Source of the DNA: an uncultured Gemmatimonadales bacterium
GTDB lineage: Bacteria; Gemmatimonadota; Gemmatimonadetes; Gemmatimonadales; Gemmatimonadaceae
NCBI GenBank assembly: GCA_963707505.1
Contig: CAVPQB010000003.1
Span: 544,001-608,000, forward strand
Direction: 5' to 3'
Length of the DNA stretch: 64,000 nt
Below the pieces are notes generated by a model. The model was given only the letters and a program-made list of their open reading frames with translations. It was not told where the DNA came from and ran no database searches. This document shows positions 28,597 through 36,874 of the stretch, piece by piece; position 1 is the first letter of the stretch, and every line of letters starts with the position of its first letter. The translations under genes and the position numbers were made by a program.

Positions 28597-29485
28597 TTAC
28601 GCCGCGAAGCTGCCCAGTGCGCGACCGACGTCGCCCTCGCGCAGGCGCTTGAGCGCGCGATCGCGAAGCTGACGAACGCGCTCGCGCGTGACGCCGAGCA
28701 TGCGAGCCGATCTCTTCGAGCGTGTGCTCGCGGCCGCCTTCGAGACCGAAGTACAGACGCAGCACCTTCGCGTCGCGCGGCGGAAGCGTGGAGAGCGCCT
28801 GTCTCGATCTCGTCGTTGAGGAAGCGGTTCATCGCCTCCTCTTCGGTGTCCGGCATCTCGTCGGCGACGAAGCGCTCGATGAGCGAGCGATCGCCTTCCG
28901 GATCCATCGGCGCATCGAGACGCACGTCGCCCGTGTTGAGCGCGGCGAGCGACTGCACGACATCGACCGACAGGCCGGTGAGCTGCGACAGCTCTTCGGG
29001 GCTCGGCTCGCGACGCAGCTTCTGACGCAGGATCTCGCGACGCCTTGATGATGCGCGAGAGATCGGCGGTGCGGTTGAGCGGAACGCGAACGGTGCGACC
29101 CTGGCGCGCGAGCGACGAGAGAATCGCCTGACGAATCCACCACACGGCGTACGAGATGAACTTCACGCCCTGATCGGGATCGAACTTCCGCGCAGCCGTG
29201 AGCAGACCGACGTTGCCTTCGCCGATGAGATCGATGAGCGGCAGGCCGCGGTTCTGATATTTCTTGGCGACGGAGATGACGAAGCGCAGGTTGCGCTTCA
29301 CGAGCTCCTGGAGCGCGTCCTGATCACCGGCGCGAATCTTCCGGGCGAGGTCGATCTCCTCCGTACCCTTGAGCAGCGGATAGGTGCTGACCTCGTAGAG
29401 GTACTGATCGAGAATGTCGCGCTCGGGCTCGTTCGGAGCGATCCCGGCGGGGCCGCTCGGCGGCGACGCGTTTGACTTCGGTCAT
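28597..29485 (-). CDS. RNA polymerase sigma-70 factor, RpoD/SigA-like, no region 1.1; at least 4 frameshifts
   Basis: DILDQYLYEV, NLRFVISVAKKY, KFISYAVWWIRQ, VRVPLN and TLEEIG..GVTRERVRQ recovered across frames. Shifts near 29460, 29037, 28802 and 28702. Confidence 0.92.
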
Positions 29486-29689
29486 TGGTGCATAGCCTCT
29501 TGCGGTACTGCGCGTGAAGAGCGCTATGCGAATGCAGCCACGACGAGGCCAGCAATGCGAGCGAATTAGTGTTGGTTCGACAACCTGCAGAGCGCGACAC
29601 CGTATGCGCTGATCGAGTCAATCGAAAATTCAGGTTGTCGAAGCGCTGCAAGATACCGGCCGCTGACGCTTTTCGCCAGACCCAATTTC

Positions 29690-29719
29690 TTGACATTCGA
29701 TACTACCCTCGGCTATCCT
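29690..29719 (+). promoter_or_regulatory. sigma70 promoter of the tRNA cluster
   Basis: TTGACA, 18-nt spacer, TATCCT; ends 47 nt upstream of tRNA-Ala. Confidence 0.65.
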
Positions 29720-29766
29720 TCGCGGTTCCTGACGGGACGTGTAGTCCGGCGTCGTCAGGGAATGCC

Positions 29767-29839
<73 letters not shown>

Positions 29840-29876
29840 TGGCTGGCGGTGAGCGCGAGAACGGCTGTTTGTTGTC

Positions 29877-29949
29877 GCGGGAATAGCTCAGTTGGTAGAG
29901 CACAACCTTGCCAAGGTTGGGGTCGCGGGTTCGAGTCCCGTTTCCCGCT
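29877..29949 (+). tRNA. tRNA-Gly(GCC)
   Basis: GCGGGAA/TTCCCGC acceptor stem, anticodon GCC, U73. Confidence 0.97.
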
Positions 29950-29985
29950 CTGTTGCAAGTGCGAGTGCATCGAAGCGATCGGTGC

Positions 29986-30059
29986 GGGCGGTTAGCTCAG
30001 TTGGTTAGAGCGCCACGTTGACATCGTGGAGGTCACAAGTTCGAGTCTTGTACCGCCCA
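29986..30059 (+). tRNA. tRNA-Val(GAC)
   Basis: GGGCGGT/ACCGCCC acceptor stem, anticodon arm CCACG-TTGACAT-CGTGG. Confidence 0.97.
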
Positions 30060-30120
30060 TTGCACGGATGCAGTAGAGGCGGTCAGATGACGCCACGGTT
30101 AGTGAATGCGAGTTTGTAGT

Positions 30121-30194
30121 GCGCCCGTAGCTCAATTGGATAGAGCATCTGACTACGGATCAGAAGGTTGGGGGTTCGAGTCCCTCCGGGCGCA
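30121..30194 (+). tRNA. tRNA-Arg(ACG)
   Basis: GCGCCCG/CGGGCGC acceptor stem, anticodon arm TCTGA-CTACGGA-TCAGA. Confidence 0.97.
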
Positions 30195-30228
30195 CTGCTG
30201 TAACTCCCTTCCAAATCACCGGTTACGT

Positions 30229-30261
30229 AAACACCCCATTCCCGCAAGAGTGGGGTGTTTT
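30229..30261 (+). terminator. intrinsic terminator after the tRNA cluster
   Basis: AAACACCCCATTC-loop-GAGTGGGGTGTTTT. Confidence 0.75.
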
Positions 30262-30410
30262 GCATTATGTGTGCGAAGTGTTGTGCGAGCTTGGCTCGCG
30301 TCGGTCGATCTACGCACCGTGCGGTTGCTTTCAGTGACCTGCTCTGCTCCCCGTTTCTTGAGGCAGCGTTCTCCCGTCACAAGCGCGTCCTCGCCCGAGT
30401 AAGCGGTACT

Positions 30411-31607
30411 CTACGGTACCCGTTTCACAGCCTCCATCCCCTCGATCAACTCAATCAACCCAACAGCCTCCCACGACTGGTTCCGGCGCGACTCCGACAA
30501 CGACACAAGCACTCCAGCGGCCTGCAGCTGCTCGATAGCCTGGTATATCTGCGATCTTGCACGCCCTGTCGCTGCCGCCGCGACCGCCGAGGAAATCATT
30601 GGGTTGGCCGGCAGGATATCGATCATAGACCACGCAGCCGCGTCTGCGCGTGGGGCCGATGACGATGCAGCAAGTTGCGCGCGCCATTTATCTCTCAACT
30701 CTGCGATCGCCATGAGATACGTCTTGCCGAGCTCCGCGGCGCGCGCAGACGCCGCCGCGAAATAGTTGATCCACTCGCTTACTCCATCGCCGCGGTACCC
30801 GGTGAGGCCGCTGATGTATCGCTTTTTCGCCGCAGCCAACACGATGCTGATCGGCGGTACATACGATGGTGCTATCCCACGACGACGTAGCACGACCTGA
30901 ATCAGTGCGCGACCCGTCCGTCCGTTGCCGTCTTCGAATGGATGTATGGTCTCGAACTGGGCGTGAACCAGCGCGGCCTGAACCAGCGGTGGCAACCGAT
31001 CGTCGTTTATCGCTCGACACAGGTCCACGAGCAACCTGCTTACCTCCTCTGGAGGTGGTGGTACAAAGTCCGCCCCGCAGGGGTTGTAGTCGTTGCCGCC
31101 GATCCAGTTTTGTTGCGTCCGTATCTTTCCCGCGACGCGTTTGTTCTCGGCTCGCTCCATCAGCCGCTTGTGAATGGCTGTGATCTGGGCGATACCAAAG
31201 TTGCTTGCAACGGCTGCGTCATCGATCGCAAGAAGCATTGCGTCGACGTTGGCCAGCACGTCCAGCGCTGTCTGGCTCGTCTTCTGTCCGGAATCCAGCT
31301 TGGCTTCTGCGCGCGCAAGCTCCCGAACTCCCAGCTGCATTCCTTCGATCTTGGATGATGCTATCGACTCCGTTCGCAGTAGCAGACGCGCCAAGGGAGC
31401 CAGGGCTGGCTGCGACCCGTCGTTCAGAGATATTATCGCCTGCTCCGCCTCGGAAACGACCCCGGCGACTTCCCCATCCAAGCTGAGGCGGAGCCTGGAC
31501 AACGACTCCGGTATAAACGGATCGTAATGACAAGCCCTTTTGTATTTCGCGGGGGCATACATACTTGGATCGTACCGCCAAGTTTTCTTCAGATAGAGTC
31601 CCGGCAT
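30411..31607 (-). CDS. Fic family protein
   Basis: Canonical HPFEDGNGRTGR motif, ESIASSKIEG helix and an HTH-like C-terminus. Confidence 0.95.
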   Translation of the reverse strand: MPGLYLKKTWRYDPSMYAPAKYKRACHYDPFIPESLSRLRLSLDGEVAGVVSEAEQAIISLNDGSQPALAPLARLLLRTESIASSKIEGMQLGVRELARAEAKLDSGQKTSQTALDVLANVDAMLLAIDDAAVASNFGIAQITAIHKRLMERAENKRVAGKIRTQQNWIGGNDYNPCGADFVPPPPEEVSRLLVDLCRAINDDRLPPLVQAALVHAQFETIHPFEDGNGRTGRALIQVVLRRRGIAPSYVPPISIVLAAAKKRYISGLTGYRGDGVSEWINYFAAASARAAELGKTYLMAIAELRDKWRAQLAASSSAPRADAAAWSMIDILPANPMISSAVAAAATGRARSQIYQAIEQLQAAGVLVSLSESRRNQSWEAVGLIELIEGMEAVKRVP

Positions 31608-31622
31608 GGCCCCTCGGCGACT

Positions 31623-31731
31623 GGGTATATCCCCTAATAAGATCGACCCTTATTATTGAATACTGTCCATCCAATAATAAGGATATGGACAATATCCCGT
31701 TACCACTGCGCGATCTTATTTTGGGATACCC
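31623..31731. promoter_or_regulatory. AT-rich fic upstream region with nested inverted repeats (putative operators)
   Basis: CCTTATTATTG/CAATAATAAGG perfect 11-bp IR, inside an imperfect 21-23 bp IR (31623-31645 / 31711-31731). Confidence 0.55.
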
Positions 31732-31843
31732 CGAAAGCCAGAATAAGACTCTCGGTTTATTTTGGCTTGCTCGATACAAACGTTGGCGAGACCCACTGAT
31801 CCCACATCGCAACCAGTCGCGGCGAAAGCGGGCCGGCCGACAT

Positions 31844-32983
31844 TCACGCCCGTGGCAGCTCGAAGATAAATGTGCTCCCCACGCCCAGCTCGCTCTCGAC
31901 GGTAAGATCGCCACCCATCGCCCGCGCCAGATCCCGGCTGATCGCGAGCCCCAGGCCGGTTCCCTCCAGCCGCTGCGAGCGCTCGACTTGCACCTGCACG
32001 AACGGCTCGAAAATGCTGTTCAGGTTCGCAGGCGGGATGCCAATCCCGGAATCCGCCACCATTACGCGAACCGTTGCGCCGCCGTCATCGTAGGCCGCGC
32101 CAATTCGCACGTGACCGCCCCGGAGTGTGAACTTCATCGCGTTGGTGAGGAGATTGATGAGCACCTGCTGCACCTTCTCCCGATCGGCTCGCGCGACCAC
32201 GTTTTCGGGCACGGACGATTTCAGAGTCAGCCCGGCGGTATTCATCTGCGGATCGACCATCGGAATCACGCTTGCGACGACATCGGCCAGCGGCACGTCC
32301 TCCCGCAGATACTCCACGCGTCCCGCCTCGATCCGCGCTGTGTTGAGAATATCATTGATGAGCCGCAGCAGGTGCCGCTGACTGCGGTTGACGCGATCCA
32401 GCGCGCCACGCTGTGCATCGGTCACCGGACCGTGAATACCCAGCTCGATGAGTTGAACGTAACCTCCGATTGCATTGAGCGGAGTGCGCAGCTCGTGACT
32501 CATCGTCGTCAGGAATCGAGTCTTGGCCTGATTCGCTTCGTCAGCGACTACGATCGCACGACGCAGCTCGTCGGTGCGCGCGGCAAGCGTAGCTGTCATC
32601 GCCTCGGCGTCCCGTCTCGCTTTGAGGAGCTCGTCCTCGTACTTGCGGCGCTCGCGCACCTCCATCAACACGCAATCGTTGCTGAATGCGCCGCCACGCT
32701 CCTGGCGCACCGCGTTGACCAGCGCGCCCATGTCATTTCCATCGCGGGTGCAAAACGGCAGAAATATCTCGCTCGCCCTTCCCTGCAACTTGAGCATCGG
32801 GAAGAGATGCGTCTGAACGAAGATCCGTCCCGGAACGGTGAGCAGGCTCTCGAACCGTTTACCGCCGAGCTCCCCGGCGGGATAGCCGAGCAGGTTGGTG
32901 AGCGTGGCGTTCGCGAACGTGATTATTCCATCGTCCGTGAACGACACCACGCCACAGGGCAGCGTGTTCAGTAGCTCATCCAC
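31844..32983 (-). CDS. PAS-domain sensor histidine kinase
   Basis: N-terminal PAS (FVQTHLFPML), SHELRTPL, NLLTNAMKF, DSGIG and GTGLGL motifs. Confidence 0.95.
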   Translation of the reverse strand: MDELLNTLPCGVVSFTDDGIITFANATLTNLLGYPAGELGGKRFESLLTVPGRIFVQTHLFPMLKLQGRASEIFLPFCTRDGNDMGALVNAVRQERGGAFSNDCVLMEVRERRKYEDELLKARRDAEAMTATLAARTDELRRAIVVADEANQAKTRFLTTMSHELRTPLNAIGGYVQLIELGIHGPVTDAQRGALDRVNRSQRHLLRLINDILNTARIEAGRVEYLREDVPLADVVASVIPMVDPQMNTAGLTLKSSVPENVVARADREKVQQVLINLLTNAMKFTLRGGHVRIGAAYDDGGATVRVMVADSGIGIPPANLNSIFEPFVQVQVERSQRLEGTGLGLAISRDLARAMGGDLTVESELGVGSTFIFELPRA

Positions 32984-33010
32984 CGTCCAGCTCCGGCTTC
33001 GGAAGAGGTA

Positions 33011-33826
33011 TCAACGTGCAACCGCTACTGTTAGATACTCCTTGATGAGCTGAATAGTTTCTTCCGGAGCGCTCATGTGTGGACAGTGTCCCGTAGCCCG
33101 CATCGTACGGAGCGTACTGTCAGGAAGGTTGCGATGTAGATACTCTCCGACTTCCTGCGGTGCGATGATGTCTTCGGAGCACTGAAGAATCAGGGACGGT
33201 ACTCGCACGCCCGCAAGATCGGCACGATTGTCCGCGAAGAAGGTGGCCTCGGCGAATTGCCTCGCGACAACCGGATCCGTCGAGCAGAAACTTTCCGTCA
33301 GCTCGTCCGCGAGCTCCGGGTGATCTGGATTCTTCATGATGGCTGGCGCGAGATAATTCGCCCAGCCGATATAATTCCTGTCCATGGTCTCGAGCAACCC
33401 GTCGATGTCCGAGCGCTCGAAGCCGCCGACGTAATCGGGTGCGTCATTGATGTAGCGTGGAGACGGCCCGACAAGGATAAGGTCGGAGAAAAGGTGAGGC
33501 TCTGCATTCGCCGCGATTACTCCGATCATCGAGCTCACCGAGTGACCAACGAATATCACGTCGTGCAGATCCAGTACGTGACAGACGTCGAGCACATCAC
33601 GCGCGTAGCCGCTCAGGGTCGAGTAACGCTCGCTGTCGTACGCGGCCATGTCGGATTTGCCCGAGCCAACGTAATCGAACAGCACTATGCGGTAGTCATC
33701 CTCGAACGCTGGCGTGACATAACGCCACATGTTCTGGTCGCACCCGAAGCCATGCGCGAATAGCATTGTTCGAGTGCCACACCCTGAAACCTTCACGTTG
33801 TTTCTGGCGATTATGTCTTGCGGCAT
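33011..33826 (-). CDS. rsbQ: RsbQ-family alpha/beta hydrolase
   Basis: RNNVKV, FAHGFGCDQNMW, GHSVS, SPRYIND and GHCPH motifs. Confidence 0.9.
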   Translation of the reverse strand: MPQDIIARNNVKVSGCGTRTMLFAHGFGCDQNMWRYVTPAFEDDYRIVLFDYVGSGKSDMAAYDSERYSTLSGYARDVLDVCHVLDLHDVIFVGHSVSSMIGVIAANAEPHLFSDLILVGPSPRYINDAPDYVGGFERSDIDGLLETMDRNYIGWANYLAPAIMKNPDHPELADELTESFCSTDPVVARQFAEATFFADNRADLAGVRVPSLILQCSEDIIAPQEVGEYLHRNLPDSTLRTMRATGHCPHMSAPEETIQLIKEYLTVAVAR

Positions 33827-34017
33827 ATGGGTACGGAATCGAGAATGATGGTGCTGGATCGATGGCCTACGGCAGCGAGCCGGGCGACGGAGGACAGTGA
33901 CAGTCCGACGGGCAGGTCATAAATTAGGTCCGGATAGTGTGCCGCCCGCCGCTCAGCCGGGTTGCAAGGCGCGCACCATCTGGCGCCGAATCCCCTGGCC
34001 CGGTCGACTTCACAGAC

Positions 34018-34908
34018 ATGCCCATAGAAAATATCTCCGATACCGCCCGCTGGGTCGCCGTTTACCGAGCGATGGAATCCGCACGCCGCGACGCGCTGTT
34101 CAACGATCCATTCGCTGCTCGCCTGGCGGGCACGCGGGGCACGCAGATCGTCAGGGAGCTCAAGCGCGGCAGGTCGCTCGCGTGGCCCATGATCGTGCGT
34201 ACTGCCGTGTTCGACGAAATGATCATGGCTCGCGTTGCGAAGGACGGTATCGACACGGTCGTCAATCTTGCGGCCGGACTGGACACGCGGCCGTGGCGAA
34301 TGCGACTACCTCAAACGCTCCGCTGGATCGATGTCGATCTACCAGGTATCACGGATTACAAGGCGAACGCGATGCGCGGCGAGAAACCCGTCTGTACATA
34401 CGAGGCGATTGCGACAGATCTCACCGATGCATCGGAGCGTGTCGCGTTGTTCGCGCGCATCGACGGCGAGAGCAAGAGGGCGCTCGTAATCACCGAGGGT
34501 CTGTTGATCTATCTCACCGCAGAGCAGGTTGCCTCGCTTGCGCGCGACATTCACTCGATGCAGTGCGCTAGAGCGTGGCTGTTCGATCTGGCGAGTGAGC
34601 GGCTGCTACCCATAATGAACCGCCACTGGGGGCGCGCAGTCACCGCCGGCAATGCTCCGTTTCAGTTCGCGCCTGCGGAGGGAACCGCATTCTTCGAACG
34701 GTTCGGCTGGCGCGAAGTCGAATTCCGTTCCGGGCTCGACGAAGCTCATCGTCTGCGTCGCGAGATGCGCATGGCGCCGCTCTGGCGGCTTCTGTCCAGA
34801 TTCGGCCCGCCGGAACGACGCGAGGAATTCCGGCGCATGTCAGGTTACGTAATGCTCGAACGCACAAATCATAACGCCGATCAGAATTCGATACCGATTC
34901 CGCTCTGA
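34018..34908 (+). CDS. SAM-dependent methyltransferase, LCM (leucine carboxyl methyltransferase)-like
   Basis: TARWVAVYRA, FNDPFA, LAAGLDTR and TEGLLIYL motifs. Confidence 0.9.
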   Translation: MPIENISDTARWVAVYRAMESARRDALFNDPFAARLAGTRGTQIVRELKRGRSLAWPMIVRTAVFDEMIMARVAKDGIDTVVNLAAGLDTRPWRMRLPQTLRWIDVDLPGITDYKANAMRGEKPVCTYEAIATDLTDASERVALFARIDGESKRALVITEGLLIYLTAEQVASLARDIHSMQCARAWLFDLASERLLPIMNRHWGRAVTAGNAPFQFAPAEGTAFFERFGWREVEFRSGLDEAHRLRREMRMAPLWRLLSRFGPPERREEFRRMSGYVMLERTNHNADQNSIPIPL

Positions 34909-35954
34909 ATCGTTGTATCGGATTTCTTGACCTTCACTTGCGGCTTGGTGTCGTACCTGCTTGCGATACCGATCTTGAGTGCGAGCGACTTCGACAACGG
35001 TGCTGAGAGATTGAAGTCCGAATTGACACGGTAGTGGCCTGGTGGGCCGGTGATGTCAGGGAATACCGCGATCTGCTGGTCGGATCTCGTCCCACCGAAT
35101 ACCTGCCGTGCGGCGAGTCGGAGAACGCCACCGATGCGTGTATAACTGGGCAGGTCGGTCGGTTCTTCGTTTGTGATGCCGGTTCCTATTTCGAGCGCAA
35201 TGTTGTTGTGCGGGTTGCGCGACAGGGGTACCGATACGCCGGTATTTTCCACCGTGCGACGCGCAATCTGCGCGAATGGATCCTGCTCATATACAGCTTC
35301 CGAGAAGAACGACGGACGCGCTGCTGCGGCTGAATCGTTCGGCCCCAACGCGAGATCGTAACGCAGCGTCGCGGAGAGAAAGTTCTCTGTCGCAGATCCT
35401 TCCTGGCTGCCGAATTCGCGCTTGCCGCTGAGCGCGATCTGCGTCCTGTCGGTGCGCCGCGCAACGGCCCCCGTGAAGCCCATGTTGCTGACGTTGGCGT
35501 TGCCACGTGTGAGCAGATACGTGGCTCCGAGTGACCGCTTCCAGCCCACGTGAGATACGTACGTCGGAAGAGCGCGCGCGGCGAGCGGAATCGCCTGCTT
35601 CGCGTGAGCCAGCTTCTCGAGTGACACCCTGCGCGTGGGCGCCACCGTCGGAATCGTGATTGGGGGACCGACCACGGCTACGGTCGTCGTGGGAAATTCG
35701 GGCAGCGGTGCGAGCGCGAGCGTACCGAGGCGGCGAAGTGCCGTGCTGTCGCTCGATTCGCAGACCGCGACAGCGCTCCGTTTGAGAGAGAGGCGGCCGA
35801 GGGATTTATGGGTGATGCGGACTCTCGTTTTGGAGACCGATACCAGAGTCCCACTCAGACGGTCGCCGTTGGCGAGATAGCAGGTGACTGGGGGGCGTTT
35901 GGGCTGCGCGTGGCTGGCAAGGCCAGCGACGACAAGCAGTGCTGAGACGAACAT
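34881..35954 (-). CDS. DUF481-type outer-membrane beta-barrel protein
   Basis: Signal peptide, LANGDRLSG N-domain, TRGN, amphipathic strands, YDTKP and a terminal Phe. Confidence 0.8.
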   Translation of the reverse strand: MFVSALLVVAGLASHAQPKRPPVTCYLANGDRLSGTLVSVSKTRVRITHKSLGRLSLKRSAVAVCESSDSTALRRLGTLALAPLPEFPTTTVAVVGPPITIPTVAPTRRVSLEKLAHAKQAIPLAARALPTYVSHVGWKRSLGATYLLTRGNANVSNMGFTGAVARRTDRTQIALSGKREFGSQEGSATENFLSATLRYDLALGPNDSAAAARPSFFSEAVYEQDPFAQIARRTVENTGVSVPLSRNPHNNIALEIGTGITNEEPTDLPSYTRIGGVLRLAARQVFGGTRSDQQIAVFPDITGPPGHYRVNSDFNLSAPLSKSLALKIGIASRYDTKPQVKVKKSDTTIQSGIGIEF

Positions 35955-36069
35955 GGCAGTGGGACAAAGTCAACCGATGCACTGGCATCGAGGCGATCTG
36001 CAAGCTACACCCTCGTCGCGGCCAGCACAGGCTCCGCCGGAGAGTCAGTCAGACGCTAATCGAACGCTA

Positions 36070-36142
36070 ATTGAGCGTGAGTTGAGGGTTAGTTGAGCGT
36101 TGGTTGAGCGTTGGTTGAGCGTTGGTTGAGCGTTAGTTGAGC
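36070..36142. repeat. 11-bp tandem repeat GTTGAGCGTTG, about 6.5 copies
   Basis: Three exact copies at 36092-36124, flanked by degenerate copies. Confidence 0.9.
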
Positions 36143-36459
36143 AGTCGGGCGGCCGTCAGAGTCCAGCTGCTATCTGCGGCGGGCTTGAGGAGGCAGGCGA
36201 AGTTTCGCTCACCCGACGCGGTCGACACGGTGCCCGTTACGCCGGCTCCGCCCAGAGAATCGTAGTAGACATGCTCTGCGTCGGTGCTGAACCTGGCCGT
36301 GGCGCGGGATGCCAGCTGGTCGCGCACTGCGTCCTCACATGTGTGCTGCGCCAGTATGCGTCGCTGGTCGCGCTCATCCTGGCCTGACGGGCCGCATGCG
36401 ACCGCCAATCCAGCAATTCCAAGGATGACGATGAAAAAGTACCCACGCGACCGCGCCAT
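36133..36459 (-). CDS. small hypothetical lipoprotein
   Basis: GGAGG RBS, hydrophobic leader with lipobox AVAC, and a Cys pair. Confidence 0.75.
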   Translation of the reverse strand: MARSRGYFFIVILGIAGLAVACGPSGQDERDQRRILAQHTCEDAVRDQLASRATARFSTDAEHVYYDSLGGAGVTGTVSTASGERNFACLLKPAADSSWTLTAARLLN

Positions 36460-36551
36460 CGCGCCTCCGTTGGGGCAGTTAGACAGCGGCGCGGTGGCCG
36501 CGATGATGCTTTGAACTGACGATCAACCGGTCCGCCGGTAACAATTATGAG

Positions 36552-36782
36552 CTAGAGCACGGCGTCTGCATCAGGATTCCGGATCGCCGCCCGCCGGTTT
36601 CCCCACCCCTTTGCCCTCCGGTTTGCCCACCTTTCGCCGATTCTGGCCACCACCACGGGAACAACTGCGCTACCTATGGTTACCACCGCATATCGCAGCA
36701 GCGGATTCGGGATTATCCTTGCCAGGCGGCGCGCGGTTCGACGACTGATTAGGACGGCGGTTACCGATCGGAGAATTAGCAA
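36552..36782 (-). CDS. small basic hypothetical membrane protein
   Basis: 76 aa with one hydrophobic stretch. Fills the intergenic gap; candidate sigma54 promoter upstream. Confidence 0.5.
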   Translation of the reverse strand: MLILRSVTAVLISRRTARRLARIIPNPLLRYAVVTIGSAVVPVVVARIGERWANRRAKGWGNRRAAIRNPDADAVL

Positions 36783-36812
36783 TGTTGATGGGCTGGGGTA
36801 ATCAGTTCCGAG

Positions 36813-36828
36813 CGCAAGGGCCGTTCCG
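36813..36828 (-). promoter_or_regulatory. candidate sigma54 -24/-12 promoter
   Basis: Minus strand CGGAACGGCCCTTGCG, matching GG-N10-GC. Confidence 0.4.
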
Positions 36829-36874
36829 TTCCCGAGTTCGCCGGGGCAGCGCCGGTGTCACACGCTTCCATCGC

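Noticed and set aside
31565..32974. 469-aa plus-strand ORF
   Set aside because: Antisense to the histidine kinase, with no recognisable motifs.
36070..36142. Possible CRISPR or iteron array
   Set aside because: Contiguous 11-mers with no spacers and no rep gene nearby.
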